Assembly (NCBI GenBank): GCA_965215365.1
Contig: CBDCDS010000001.1
Span: 1 to 64,000, forward strand
From: Gammaproteobacteria bacterium
GTDB lineage: Bacteria > Pseudomonadota > Gammaproteobacteria > Eutrophobiales > Eutrophobiaceae
Reading direction: 5' to 3'
Length of the DNA stretch: 64,000 nt
Below the pieces are notes generated by a model. That model did not search any database and was not told the DNA's origin. It was given only the letters and a program-made list of their open reading frames with translations. Below, in pieces: positions 1 to 12,841 of this stretch (position 1 is the stretch's first letter; the number at the start of each line of letters is the position of its first letter). A program made the position numbers and the translations under genes.

Positions 1-1107
<1,107 letters not shown>

Positions 1108-1139
1108 ATGACAACCGAAGCAAAACAAGCACGGGTCAG

Positions 1140-1377
1140 CCCGCATATCTCACCAAGTGATGCGAAGATCGCGCCGGATTTTTTGTGCCTGCGGGTGCCT
1201 GCGAACGAAAGCATAGTGGTTCTCTGGTTGAGTGAGCACGTGCCCGCAGGCGCAAAAAAGACCAGCGAGGGCGCATCAAGCGCAGTGTGTTATGTGGAAA
1301 GATCAGCAGTATTATCATAACTTATTGATAGAAATAATGTTTCATAAGACAACAAGCGACTTGGTGAGATATGCGGG
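1140..1377 (-). mobile_element. MITE family A copy 1 (238 bp), inverted relative to copies 2-4
   Basis: Terminal inverted repeats CCCGCATATCTCACCAAGT / ACTTGGTGAGATATGCGGG; flanks TCAG and TTAG; interior is a diverged reverse complement of 2804-3042. Confidence 0.9.
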
Positions 1378-2798
1378 TTAGCCCGGTCATCAGCGCCGTC
1401 AGCGCTTGGGCGCAACGTGCATATCATTATGCCGCCGCCCTGTTGCAGGGCCCCAAGGAAGACCAAGTGGGCCTGTCCCAGGACGCTGCGGACGAAAAAA
1501 AGGAATTGGCAGCGATGCTGTCCCGCGATGTGGTGATGCGCCGGGGCATCATCGTCGTCGTCATTGCCCTGGGCGGTTTCCTGGCCTGGTCCATCTTTGC
1601 GCCCCTGACCGAGGGCGTGGTGGCGATGGGCACAGTGGTGGTGGACACGGAGCATAAGACCATCCAGCACCTCGAAGGCGGCATCGTGGAGAACCTGTAC
1701 GTACACGAGGGCAGCGAAGTCAAGGCCGGCGAGGTGCTGGTGGAATTGAGCGAGACCCAGAACCGGGCACAACTGGAACTGCTGGAAAGCCGCTATTACG
1801 GGCGCTTGGCGGAGATCGACCGCCTGAATGCCGAGCGCCTGTTGCAGCAACAGATCACCTTTTCCGATGAACTGCTGGCGCGACGCAACGACCCGGTTAT
1901 CGCCGACATCCTGGCGGTGCAGGAAAACCTGTTTCAGGTGCGGCGGCGCCAGTATCACGGCCAGATCGAAGTGCTGCGCCATCGCATCGTGCAGCTCGAA
2001 GAGCAGGTGCGCGGCTTAGAGGCGCACCGCGGCGCCTTGCAGCGCGAGCAGGCCTTGATTGAAAAAGACCTGGAAAGCCTGCTGGCCTTGCGCGAGCAGC
2101 AGTTGCTCGATGAAGGCGCGCTCATCGCGCGCCAGCGCGAGTATGAACAGACTGTCGGCAACCTGGGCACGCTGGTTGCGGACATTGCCGCAACCCGGGT
2201 CAAGATCGGTGAGACCCGCCAGGAGATCCTGCAGATCGAAAATGGTTGGATCACCGAGGTATCAGACCAGATTACCAACGCGCAGCAGGAGTCGGTCGAG
2301 ACCCGCGAGCGTATCAACGCCGTGCAGGATGTGCTGCAGCGCACTACCATCGTTGCGCCCCAGGACGGCAGGGTCATCGGCCTTAGTGTACACACCCTGG
2401 GCGGCGTCATCCCACCGGGCAGCGCGATTATGAATATCGTACCGAGCGAAGACCGGCTGATGGTGGAGGGACAGGTACGGCCTACCGATGTGGATAACGT
2501 TTATCCCGACCAGATCGCCCGGCTGCGTTTCTCGGCCTTCAGTTGGCGCACCACGCCAGAGGTGGAGGGCAGAGTCGAACGCGTTTCCGCAGACGCGTTC
2601 CGTGACGAGCAGGCCGGCACCTCTTATTACATTGCCCGTATCCTAGTGCCCGAAACGGAAATGGAGAAATTGGGCGACATCACCATCGGCCCTGGTATGC
2701 CCGTTGACATCATGTTCACCGGCGGGGAACGCACCGCCTGGGGGTACCTGACCGACCCGATCATGGATATTTTCCGCAAAGCGCTGGTGGAGGAATGA
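1371..2798 (+). CDS. HlyD-family type I secretion periplasmic adaptor (PrtE/AprE-like)
   Basis: N-terminal TM helix, KTIQHLEGGIV, long coiled coil, IVAPQDGRV...TLGGVI, PGMPV; start uncertain (1371 in MITE end, 1515 alternative, ancestral start probably 1108). Confidence 0.92.
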   Translation: MRVSPVISAVSAWAQRAYHYAAALLQGPKEDQVGLSQDAADEKKELAAMLSRDVVMRRGIIVVVIALGGFLAWSIFAPLTEGVVAMGTVVVDTEHKTIQHLEGGIVENLYVHEGSEVKAGEVLVELSETQNRAQLELLESRYYGRLAEIDRLNAERLLQQQITFSDELLARRNDPVIADILAVQENLFQVRRRQYHGQIEVLRHRIVQLEEQVRGLEAHRGALQREQALIEKDLESLLALREQQLLDEGALIARQREYEQTVGNLGTLVADIAATRVKIGETRQEILQIENGWITEVSDQITNAQQESVETRERINAVQDVLQRTTIVAPQDGRVIGLSVHTLGGVIPPGSAIMNIVPSEDRLMVEGQVRPTDVDNVYPDQIARLRFSAFSWRTTPEVEGRVERVSADAFRDEQAGTSYYIARILVPETEMEKLGDITIGPGMPVDIMFTGGERTAWGYLTDPIMDIFRKALVEE

Positions 2799-2803
2799 AC
2801 CAA

Positions 2804-3042
2804 CCCGCATATCTCACCAAGTCGCTTGTTGCCTTGTGAAACATAATTGCTCTCAATAGGTTATGATAATGCTGCTACTCTTCTCACATAACACACTGCG
2901 CTTGATGCGCCCTCGCTGGTCTTGGTACTGCCTGCGGGCACGTGCTTGTTCAACCATAGCTACTGCTATGGTTTCGGTCGCAGGCACCCGCAGGCAGCAC
3001 CAATCCGGCGCGATCTTCGCATCACTCGGTGAGATATGCGGG
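2804..3042 (+). mobile_element. MITE family A copy 2 (239 bp)
   Basis: Same TIRs; begins 5 bp after the hlyD stop; near-identical to copy 3. Confidence 0.9.
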
Positions 3043-3046
3043 TTAG

Positions 3047-3285
3047 CCCGCAGATCTCACCAAGTCGCTTGTTGCCTTGTGAAACATAATTGCTCTCAAT
3101 AGGTTATGATAATGCTGCTACTCTTCTCACATAACACACTGCGCTTGATGCGCCCTCGCTGGTCTTGGTACTGCCTGCGGGCACGTGCTTGTTCAACCAT
3201 AGCTACTGCTATGGTTTCGGTCGCAGGCACCCGCAGGCAGAACCAATCCGGCGCGATCTTCGCATCACCAGGTGAGATATGCGGG
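3047..3285 (+). mobile_element. MITE family A copy 3 (239 bp), tandem with copy 2
   Basis: Separated from copy 2 by TTAG; followed by CTAA whose last A is the first base of the TolC ATG. Confidence 0.9.
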
Positions 3286-3288
3286 CTA

Positions 3289-4593
3289 ATGAATACTTTT
3301 TGCCGTTGTTTACTCGTCCTGTTGCTTGTTCTTGCCCTGCCGGCTGCCGGTGCCAGCGAGTACACCCTGTCTCAAGCGTTCAAGGATACGCTGGCGCATG
3401 ATCCACGGGTGCTGGCCGCGCAAAATCGCGTAGCCGAAGCGCGAGAACGGCTGCAACAGGTTAACAGCAGTCTGCGCCCGTCGCTGACACTGTCGGGCAA
3501 TACCGGCTACACCTATAACCGCAATCAGGCGCGCAGTACCACCACCTATAAGGGAAATTCGTCGCGCGGCGGGGTACAACTGAACCAGAACCTGTACACC
3601 TTCGGCCGTATTGCGGGGCGCCGCCAACGCGCCGAAGCGGAGATAGCCGAGGCCGAGCACGCCCTGACAGAAGTGCGTCAGGAAGTATTGGCGGAAGCGG
3701 CGCGCGCGTTTTCCGATCAGGTGTTCCGGGAACGTATCCTGGAGAGCCGCCGGGCTTTCGAGACGCTGCTGGGTGAACTGGAGGACATTGCCCGCCGCCG
3801 CATCGACCTCGGCACCCTGGATCGCACCGAGTTGTTTGAAGTGCTGCGGCGCCAGCACCAAGCGCGGGCGTTGCGGGTTGAAGCCGGTTCCCGTTACCAC
3901 GTGGCGCGGGCGCAACTGGCGCGCCTCACCGGCGCCGACCAGGAGAACCTCGCAGCCAGTTCCCTGGCCACCCTGGAAGTTGCCACACCGGGGAATCTCC
4001 AGTATGCGCTGGAGCAGGCACAGGGCCAGTCTCCGGCGCTGTTACGGGCGCGCATGAGACTGGCAGCCGCCGAGGGCGAGCTGGCATTTCGCAAGGCCGA
4101 ACTGTGGCCGACCCTGAGCCTGCAGGTGAATGCCAACACCGCCAATGTTGGCCGCGGTGTCGCCGCCGGCCCCCGCCCCAGTATCGGGGAGATCTATACC
4201 ACCGACGTGGTTGCCGGTGTCAACCTATCAATGCCGTTGTATGAAGGCGGCCTCAGGCGCTCGCAGTTGCGTGGCGCCCGGCTAGCAGTGGAAACTGCGC
4301 GCTGGGAGCTGTCCGCAGAACAGGACCGGGTCGATATCGAGGTGCGTTCCAACTGGGACCTGCTACAGGGTTTGCTCAGCGCCCTGCAGGAATTCGAGGG
4401 CGCGGTCGGAGATATGAAAGAGGTGATTGAACTGACCGGCAACAAACTGGACGCCGGTCGCGCCACCTTCGTGCAATACATCGAAGCGCAGGAGGATGCC
4501 CTAGAAGTCGAGTTCGAGCTACTCAACAGCCGCCTGCGCCTGGACGAAACCCGCATCGCCCTGCTACGGGCGCTGGCGCAGCTTGGTCCCTGA
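3289..4593 (+). CDS. TolC-family outer membrane protein (T1SS channel)
   Basis: Signal peptide MNTFCRCLLVLLLVLALPAAGA, two OEP-like repeats (LRPSLTLSG...QNLYTFG; LWPTLSL...MPLYEGG); ORF extension to 3106 is MITE-derived. Confidence 0.88.
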   Translation: MNTFCRCLLVLLLVLALPAAGASEYTLSQAFKDTLAHDPRVLAAQNRVAEARERLQQVNSSLRPSLTLSGNTGYTYNRNQARSTTTYKGNSSRGGVQLNQNLYTFGRIAGRRQRAEAEIAEAEHALTEVRQEVLAEAARAFSDQVFRERILESRRAFETLLGELEDIARRRIDLGTLDRTELFEVLRRQHQARALRVEAGSRYHVARAQLARLTGADQENLAASSLATLEVATPGNLQYALEQAQGQSPALLRARMRLAAAEGELAFRKAELWPTLSLQVNANTANVGRGVAAGPRPSIGEIYTTDVVAGVNLSMPLYEGGLRRSQLRGARLAVETARWELSAEQDRVDIEVRSNWDLLQGLLSALQEFEGAVGDMKEVIELTGNKLDAGRATFVQYIEAQEDALEVEFELLNSRLRLDETRIALLRALAQLGP

Positions 4594-4604
4594 GAACAGC
4601 TTTT

Positions 4605-5822
4605 CTAACGCAGTCTGGAAAACACCAGCGTCGCGTTCGTCCCCCCAAAACCGAAGCTGTTGGACATGACTGTGTTCAGTCCGGCGTTGTCGATGCGTTC
4701 GCGGGCGATGGGCATGCCTTCGGCGTCCGGGTCCAAGGTGTGGATATTGGCGGACTTGCAGACAAAATCATGCTTGAGCATGAGCAGGGTGAAGATGGCT
4801 TCGTTCACGCCAGCGGCGCCGAGGCCGTGGCCAGACAGGGCCTTGGTGGAGCTGATGTGCGGAATCCGGTCCTTGAACACCGTTCTGATGGCGCCGAGTT
4901 CGCCGGTATCACCGGCCGGTGTGCTGGTGGCATGAGCATTGATATAGTCAACCGCGCCAGGGACGCCGGCCAGCGCCATTTCCATGCAGCGCACCGCGCC
5001 CTCACCGGACGGCTTGACCATATCGAAACCGTCTGAGGTGGCGCCGTAGCCGGTCACTTCTGCGTAGATGTTGGCATTGCGTTGCAGCGCGTGTTCATAC
5101 TCCTCCAGCACCACAATACCGCCGCCGCCAGAGATGATGAAACCGTCCCGAGCCGCATCGAAAGGCCGGGAGGCGCGAGTCGGGTCGTCGTTATAGCGTG
5201 ACGACAACGCGCCCATGGCATCAAACAACAAGGTGCCGGACCAGTGCAGCTCATCGCCGCCGCCGGCAAAGATGAGGTCCTGCTTGCCGGTCTGGATCTG
5301 CTCGAAGCCGTTGCCTATGCAGTGGGCGCTGGTGGCACAGGCCGAGGCAATCGAATAATTGACCCCCTTGATGCGGTAGGCCACCGCCAGACAGGCGCTG
5401 CCGGTGCTCGCCATGACCCGGGGCACCAGTGTCGGGCCCACCTTGCGCGCGCCCCTGCTGCGCAGTATGTCGGCCGCGGCGACCATATTTGCCGTAGAAG
5501 TGCCGCCGGTGCCTACGATCAAACCGGTGCGCGTGTTGGAGACCTGGTCTTCCTCAAGGCTGGCATCGGCGATGGCCTCCTGCATGGCCAGGTAGGCGTA
5601 GGCGGCGGCATCGCCCATAAAACGCCGCTGTTTGCGGTCGATCAGCGCGTCCAGATCCAGAGCAATGGGCGCATGGACATGGGAACGAAAGCCCAAGTCG
5701 GCATATTCCTGTGCATACGCCACGCCGCCCGTTGCCGATTGCAATGCACTGAGCACTTCCGCCTGATTGGTTCCTATACTGGATTTAATCCCCAGGCCGG
5801 TAATCACTACACGTTTCGACAT
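4605..5822 (-). CDS. fabB: Beta-ketoacyl-ACP synthase I
   Basis: [22 protein letters not shown] active-site Cys, [23 protein letters not shown]; directly downstream of fabA. Confidence 0.95.
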   Translation of the reverse strand: MSKRVVITGLGIKSSIGTNQAEVLSALQSATGGVAYAQEYADLGFRSHVHAPIALDLDALIDRKQRRFMGDAAAYAYLAMQEAIADASLEEDQVSNTRTGLIVGTGGTSTANMVAAADILRSRGARKVGPTLVPRVMASTGSACLAVAYRIKGVNYSIASACATSAHCIGNGFEQIQTGKQDLIFAGGGDELHWSGTLLFDAMGALSSRYNDDPTRASRPFDAARDGFIISGGGGIVVLEEYEHALQRNANIYAEVTGYGATSDGFDMVKPSGEGAVRCMEMALAGVPGAVDYINAHATSTPAGDTGELGAIRTVFKDRIPHISSTKALSGHGLGAAGVNEAIFTLLMLKHDFVCKSANIHTLDPDAEGMPIARERIDNAGLNTVMSNSFGFGGTNATLVFSRLR

Positions 5823-5923
5823 ACTAGCCTGACCTGACCGCACCGGAAACAAAAAGGTTGTCGCCTGCGTTCGTCATTTCGCACAAGATTTTGCTCATTA
5901 AAGAACCAAACACCTGAAAATGT

Positions 5924-6433
5924 TCACAATTTCTGAAACAGCCCTACCCGAAGGTCTCTGGCGGAATAAGTCTCTTTGCCGTCAACGTACATACAGCCGT
6001 CGGCGATACCCATTACCAGATTGCGGGAAACGACTTTTTTCATGTCGATGACATATTTTACCAGTTGGCAATCCGGAGCAACCTGCCCGGAGAATTTAAT
6101 TCTCCCCGCGCCCAGCGCCCGGCCGCGGCCCGGCGCGCCGGTCCAGCCCAGGTAAAAACCCACCAACTGCCACATGGCATCCAGACCCAGGCAGCCGGGC
6201 ATGACCGGATCGCCTTGGAAATGGCAGTCGAAGAACCATAATTGCGGATGAATATCCAACTCGGCAATGACGTAACCCTTGCCCTTGCCGCCGCCGCTGG
6301 CGCTGATCTCCGTTATCCGGTCGATCATCAGCATATTTTGCAGCGGCAGTTGCGCGTTGCCTTCCCCGAACAATTCACCCCGACCACAGGCTACCAGTTC
6401 CTCTTTGGTATATGAATTTTTTCCGTTAACCAT
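5924..6433 (-). CDS. fabA: 3-hydroxyacyl-ACP dehydratase/isomerase
   Basis: [35 protein letters not shown]. Confidence 0.96.
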   Translation of the reverse strand: MVNGKNSYTKEELVACGRGELFGEGNAQLPLQNMLMIDRITEISASGGGKGKGYVIAELDIHPQLWFFDCHFQGDPVMPGCLGLDAMWQLVGFYLGWTGAPGRGRALGAGRIKFSGQVAPDCQLVKYVIDMKKVVSRNLVMGIADGCMYVDGKETYSARDLRVGLFQKL

Positions 6434-6561
6434 GGCTGCATAATATCGCATGTTGGGGGAGGCTGTAAATAAACGGGCAACATGATGATGACAGGGGCGG
6501 ATAAACTTCTTTGAAAATGCTAGACTCGCGCCATTGACACAAACGAGGAGGCAACAGCGCA

Positions 6562-7788
6562 ATGACGAGTGAACAGACGCCCTCGCAGCGGCGTGGCAGT
6601 GTACCGGTCAGCATCGGCCCGGTCAAGGTGGGCGGGGATGCGCCCGTGGTCGTGCAATCCATGACCAATACCGATACCGCCGATGCGTCGGCAACGGTAA
6701 AGCAGGTGCAACAACTGGCGGCGGCCGGTTCCGAACTGGTGCGTATCACAGTCAACAACGAAGATGCGGCGCGTCAGGTCGCGCGTATCCGGGAACGGCT
6801 GGATGCACTGGGTTGTAACGTGCCCCTGATCGGAGATTTCCACTATAACGGCCACCAGTTGCTGAGCAAATATCCGGATTGCGCCGAGGCGCTGGCCAAG
6901 TACCGTGTCAATCCCGGCAACGTCGGCTTCGGCAGGAAACGCGACAGCCAGTTTGCCACGCTGATCGAGAAGGCTATCGAGTACGACAAGCCGATCCGCA
7001 TCGGCGTGAACTGGGGCAGCCTGGACCAGGAACTCGCTACCCACATGATGGACGAGAACGCCAAACTGGCCGAACCCTTGGATGCCGATAGCGTCATGCA
7101 GGAAGCCCTGATCGTCTCCGCCCTGAACAGCGCCGGCAAGGCCGAAGAGATTGGCCTGCCGCGCAGCAGGATCATCCTGTCCTGCAAGGTCAGTGGTGTG
7201 CAGAAGTTGATTGCGGTTTATCGCGAGCTGGCCCGGCGCTGTGACTACGCGCTGCATCTGGGCTTGACCGAGGCTGGTATGGGCTCGAAGGGGATTGTCG
7301 CGTCCACTGCGGCCCTAGGGGTGCTGCTGCAAGAGGGAATCGGCGATACCATAAGGATTTCCCTGACCCCCGAACCGGGCGGCGACCGTTCAACTGAGGT
7401 GATCGTAGCCCAGGAGATACTGCAAACCATGGGCTTGCGCTCATTTACGCCACTGGTGACCGCCTGCCCCGGTTGTGGTCGCACCACCAGCACCGTATTT
7501 CAGGAACTGGCGGACAATATCCAGGCGTATATCAGGACTCAAATGCCGGCCTGGCGCGAGCAATACCCGGGGGTGGAGGAGTTGAACCTGGCGGTGATGG
7601 GGTGTGTGGTCAACGGGCCGGGAGAAAGCAAGCACGCGGACATCGGCATCAGCCTGCCCGGCACCGGCGAGGCGCCGTCGGCCCCGGTCTTTGTTGACGG
7701 CAAGAAGACCGTCACCTTGCGCGGCGATAATATCGCGGCCGAGTTCCAGCAGATTGTGGATAATTATATCGAAAACCGCTTTGGGTGA
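6562..7788 (+). CDS. ispG: (E)-4-hydroxy-3-methylbut-2-enyl-diphosphate synthase
   Basis: [41 protein letters not shown]. Confidence 0.97.
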   Translation: MTSEQTPSQRRGSVPVSIGPVKVGGDAPVVVQSMTNTDTADASATVKQVQQLAAAGSELVRITVNNEDAARQVARIRERLDALGCNVPLIGDFHYNGHQLLSKYPDCAEALAKYRVNPGNVGFGRKRDSQFATLIEKAIEYDKPIRIGVNWGSLDQELATHMMDENAKLAEPLDADSVMQEALIVSALNSAGKAEEIGLPRSRIILSCKVSGVQKLIAVYRELARRCDYALHLGLTEAGMGSKGIVASTAALGVLLQEGIGDTIRISLTPEPGGDRSTEVIVAQEILQTMGLRSFTPLVTACPGCGRTTSTVFQELADNIQAYIRTQMPAWREQYPGVEELNLAVMGCVVNGPGESKHADIGISLPGTGEAPSAPVFVDGKKTVTLRGDNIAAEFQQIVDNYIENRFG

Positions 7789-7819
7789 GGCCGGCACCGG
7801 ACAACGACAAGCCACGAAG

Positions 7820-7923
7820 AAACTCTAAACCTTCATGATCAGGGCACTGCACACCCCGACAATATGTAAATCTGCAAAATTTACACAGCAAAAATACCAC
7901 GGAGGGTATTTTTAGAGGTTACC
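7820..7923. repeat. Repeat family C element (CTCTAAA...TTTTTAGAGGTTACC), IS5-like MITE derivative
   Basis: Diverged reverse complement of 13548-13633; ends shared with 26631-26780, 45132-45323 and 58119-58219. Confidence 0.7.
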
Positions 7924-7950
7924 ATAACATTCCGTCCTGAAGAGGAAGCC

Positions 7951-9888
<1,938 letters not shown>

Positions 9889-9897
9889 TGGAGCAGG

Positions 9898-11085
9898 GTG
9901 ACCCCTGAAAACATCACTGCACTGAAGGAGTACTTCACCCTCTGGCTGGAAGCGGGGGAGCAGGCATACACTGAGCTTGCCTTTACCGAGGAGTATTCCC
10001 GCAACTTCGCCGGCCTGGTGCAGGCCCTGCTGTCCATGCGGCGCGAGCTGGATGAGCGCGGGCAGAGCATCCCCTCGGATATCCTGCCTCCCGGTTTTGC
10101 CGCCCGGCCCGGCCCGGTGCCAGTGGCCGTGGGTCCGTCGGCGCGGGACGAGGTGTACCGGGAAGACAAACTCCGGCTATACCGTTACCGGGCGCTGGTG
10201 GAGAAGCCCCACACCGTACCCGTCCTGATCGTGTACGCGTTGGTCAACCGACCCTATATCATGGACTTGCAGGACGGGCGCTCCCTGATCCAGGGGCTGC
10301 TCAAGGCCGGCCTGGACGTATATCTGCTCGACTGGGGCTACCCGGACGCAGGCGATGCTGCCCTGGGCCTGGATGATTACATCAATCGCTACCTGGAGCA
10401 TGCGGTGGACGCCATCCGCCAAAACCACGGCGCCGATCGCATCAACCTGTTGGGGGTCTGCCAAGGCGGCACCTTCTGTCTGTGCTATACGGCCTTGCAT
10501 CAACACAAGGTCGCTAACCTGGTGACCAGCGTGACGCCGGTGGACTTTCACACCCCGCGCGACCTGCTCAGCCATCTGCTGCGGCACCTGGACCTGGAGC
10601 AGGCCGTGGACACGCCGGGCAATATCCCGGGGCAATTCCTGAACTGGCTGTTCCTGATGTTAAGGCCCTACAAGCTGGCCGGCAAGAAGTATCTGGACCT
10701 GCTGGATATTCTGGATGACAGTGAGCGGCTCGCCACCTTCATGCGCATGGAACAATGGATTTTTGACAGCCCGGATCAGGCCGGCACGGCCTGCCGTCAG
10801 TTTACCAGGGACTTTTACCAGGACAACAAACTGGTGAAGGGTCAGGTTAAGATCGGCGCCAGCCGGGTTGACCTAGAGACGATTACCATCCCCATCCTTA
10901 ACATCTTCGCCAGTAACGATCACCTAGTGCCAGTCGATGCCTCAAAAGCCCTGGCCGGCTGTGTCAGCAGCGCCGACTACACCGAACTGGAATTTCCCGG
11001 CGGCCACATCGGCATCTACGTCGGCGCCGCCACCCAGGCCAGCCTGCCCGGCGCTATTAACGACTGGCTACGACAACGGGAATGA
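9898..11085 (+). CDS. phaC: Class III poly(3-hydroxyalkanoate) synthase PhaC with PhaE-like N-terminal segment
   Basis: PVLIVYALVNRPYIMDLQ, lipase box GVCQGG, FMRMEQWIFDSPDQAG, NDHLVP, GGHIGIYV; GTG start with GGAG. Confidence 0.9.
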   Translation: MTPENITALKEYFTLWLEAGEQAYTELAFTEEYSRNFAGLVQALLSMRRELDERGQSIPSDILPPGFAARPGPVPVAVGPSARDEVYREDKLRLYRYRALVEKPHTVPVLIVYALVNRPYIMDLQDGRSLIQGLLKAGLDVYLLDWGYPDAGDAALGLDDYINRYLEHAVDAIRQNHGADRINLLGVCQGGTFCLCYTALHQHKVANLVTSVTPVDFHTPRDLLSHLLRHLDLEQAVDTPGNIPGQFLNWLFLMLRPYKLAGKKYLDLLDILDDSERLATFMRMEQWIFDSPDQAGTACRQFTRDFYQDNKLVKGQVKIGASRVDLETITIPILNIFASNDHLVPVDASKALAGCVSSADYTELEFPGGHIGIYVGAATQASLPGAINDWLRQRE

Positions 11086-11186
11086 CGTCTCCCTCCTCGC
11101 CATACCGGACTTGTTCCGGCATGGCCTTGATTTCCCATATTTTTCGTTTATATTGGAACAATAATCCAATATAAACGAGAAGTGCT

Positions 11187-12419
11187 GTGTCTGTGATATA
11201 TCAGCGCACGCTGGCGCGCGCAGTTGAAAATATAAGCAACAGTTTTCCCGTGCTGTTGGTAACCGGCCCGCGTCAGGTGGGTAAAACTACACTGCTGGAA
11301 ATGTGTGCCGAAGCTGGCAGGAATTATGTCACGCTTGATGACCTCGAGGCACGCAGTCTGGCCGCTAACGACCCGAGCCTCTTTGTGCAAACCTATCAGC
11401 CGCCGGTCATCATTGATGAGGTTCAGTATGCGCCGCAACTCTTCAGCTACCTGAAGATTGTGGTGGATCGTGAGAAGAAAAACGGCCTGTTCTGGCTGAC
11501 CGGATCGCAAAAATTTCATCTTATGCGGGGTATCACGGAAAGTCTTGCCGGTCGTGTTGCCGTCATTGACCTGCTGGGTCTCTCGCAGGCAGAGCTTGAC
11601 GGCCGGAGCGACAAGGTTGTTCCGTTCCTGCCAACGCTCGCATGGATCGATGCAGCGCGGGAAAGTATGACTCAGCCCCGGCAGTTATTGGACGTTTATG
11701 AGCAGCTGTGGCGTGGCTCATTTCCGCGTATGAATACGGTCAAGGACCCGCCGCGCGACCTGTTTTACCGATCTTACGTTCAAACCTACATCCAGCGCGA
11801 CCTGAGAGACCTGTTATCGGTTTCCAACGAAACCACATTTCACAGGTTTTTAAGCATTGTGGCCGCCCGCACCGGGCAGTTGTTGAACTATGCAAAATTG
11901 GCCAGAGATGTTGACATTGATAACAAAACCGCAAAATCATGGCTTTCGATTCTGCAAACTTCCGGGCTTGTTTATCTCTTGCAGCCGTATTACCGAAATG
12001 TCACAAAACGTCTTGTCAAAACGCCCAAGCTGTATTTTCTTGACACCGGACTGGGCGCCTACCTGAGCAAGTGGCCGACATCTGCTTCCCTGGAAGCCGG
12101 CGCCATGTCCGGCGCGCTGCTGGAAAGCTATATGTTTGCCGAAATTCTCAAGAGCTATTGGCATAATGGGATTGAACCGCATTTTTATTATTATCGGGAT
12201 ACCGACCAGAGAGAGGTCGATTTGGTGATCGAAACCGGTGACACGCTTTACCCGGTAGAATTCAAAAAAACCGCGACACCCTCAAAAACGGCCTCCAGAC
12301 ATTTCCGCCTGTTGGAAAAGCTGGGCAAGAAAGTGGGACACGGCTGCGTGTTATGCCTGGTGGAAAAGGAGGTGCCACTGTCGCAGAATGTCACGGCCGT
12401 TCCCATTGCTTATCTCTGA
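11187..12419 (+). CDS. AAA+ ATPase (AAA_14 + DUF4143, C-terminal nuclease-like domain)
   Basis: GPRQVGKTT, IIDEVQ, LTGSQ, ESLAGR, PKLYFLDTGL, YYRDTDQREVDLV...PVEFK. Confidence 0.88.
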   Translation: MSVIYQRTLARAVENISNSFPVLLVTGPRQVGKTTLLEMCAEAGRNYVTLDDLEARSLAANDPSLFVQTYQPPVIIDEVQYAPQLFSYLKIVVDREKKNGLFWLTGSQKFHLMRGITESLAGRVAVIDLLGLSQAELDGRSDKVVPFLPTLAWIDAARESMTQPRQLLDVYEQLWRGSFPRMNTVKDPPRDLFYRSYVQTYIQRDLRDLLSVSNETTFHRFLSIVAARTGQLLNYAKLARDVDIDNKTAKSWLSILQTSGLVYLLQPYYRNVTKRLVKTPKLYFLDTGLGAYLSKWPTSASLEAGAMSGALLESYMFAEILKSYWHNGIEPHFYYYRDTDQREVDLVIETGDTLYPVEFKKTATPSKTASRHFRLLEKLGKKVGHGCVLCLVEKEVPLSQNVTAVPIAYL

Positions 12420-12551
12420 AGGGTACCTCATTCGCTCACGCAACATTCTGTTCCAAAACACGTTTTGATTTACAAGAGATTTTCAGATAAAGTGAGCACC
12501 AGACCGTCGAAGTCGGGAAAAAGTTGGTGATCTTGAAATTCTTAATATAAA

Positions 12552-12841
12552 ATGGCAGACCCAGTGTCAAAAACAAAAAACCATGTTGATAGAGAACTTG
12601 AGATCAGACGTATTGAGACCAGAGCTGATACGTTGGTCAGTGTTTTATCTCACCTTTTCAGGTTTCTGACAGTTGCAGTTGTTGCTTATTTCGGTTACGA
12701 GTCAATTAACTCCCTTGCTGGAGAAATATTGTTGAGAGGTATCATAAGTATATGAAAAACCAAGAATTGGCTGCAGATCCGAACAGATCATCCAGCCACA
12801 TGGATGCACGAGGTGAAAACAGACTGGAGAATGGCCGATGA
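12552..12841 (+). pseudogene. Small membrane protein gene, apparently internally deleted/frameshifted
   Basis: ORF 12552-12755 (one TM helix) continues in another frame from ~12722 as RNIVERYHKYMKNQELAADPNRSSS...*, whose TGA overlaps the next ATG (ATGA at 12838-12841). Confidence 0.5.

Noticed and set aside
2804-3285. Tandem repeat as a CRISPR array
   Set aside because: Two 239-bp units with terminal inverted repeats and no unique spacers; no cas genes in the window.
2863-3288. ORF 2863-3102 and the N-terminal extension of TolC from 3106
   Set aside because: Both are translations of MITE sequence; the TolC signal peptide begins at 3289.
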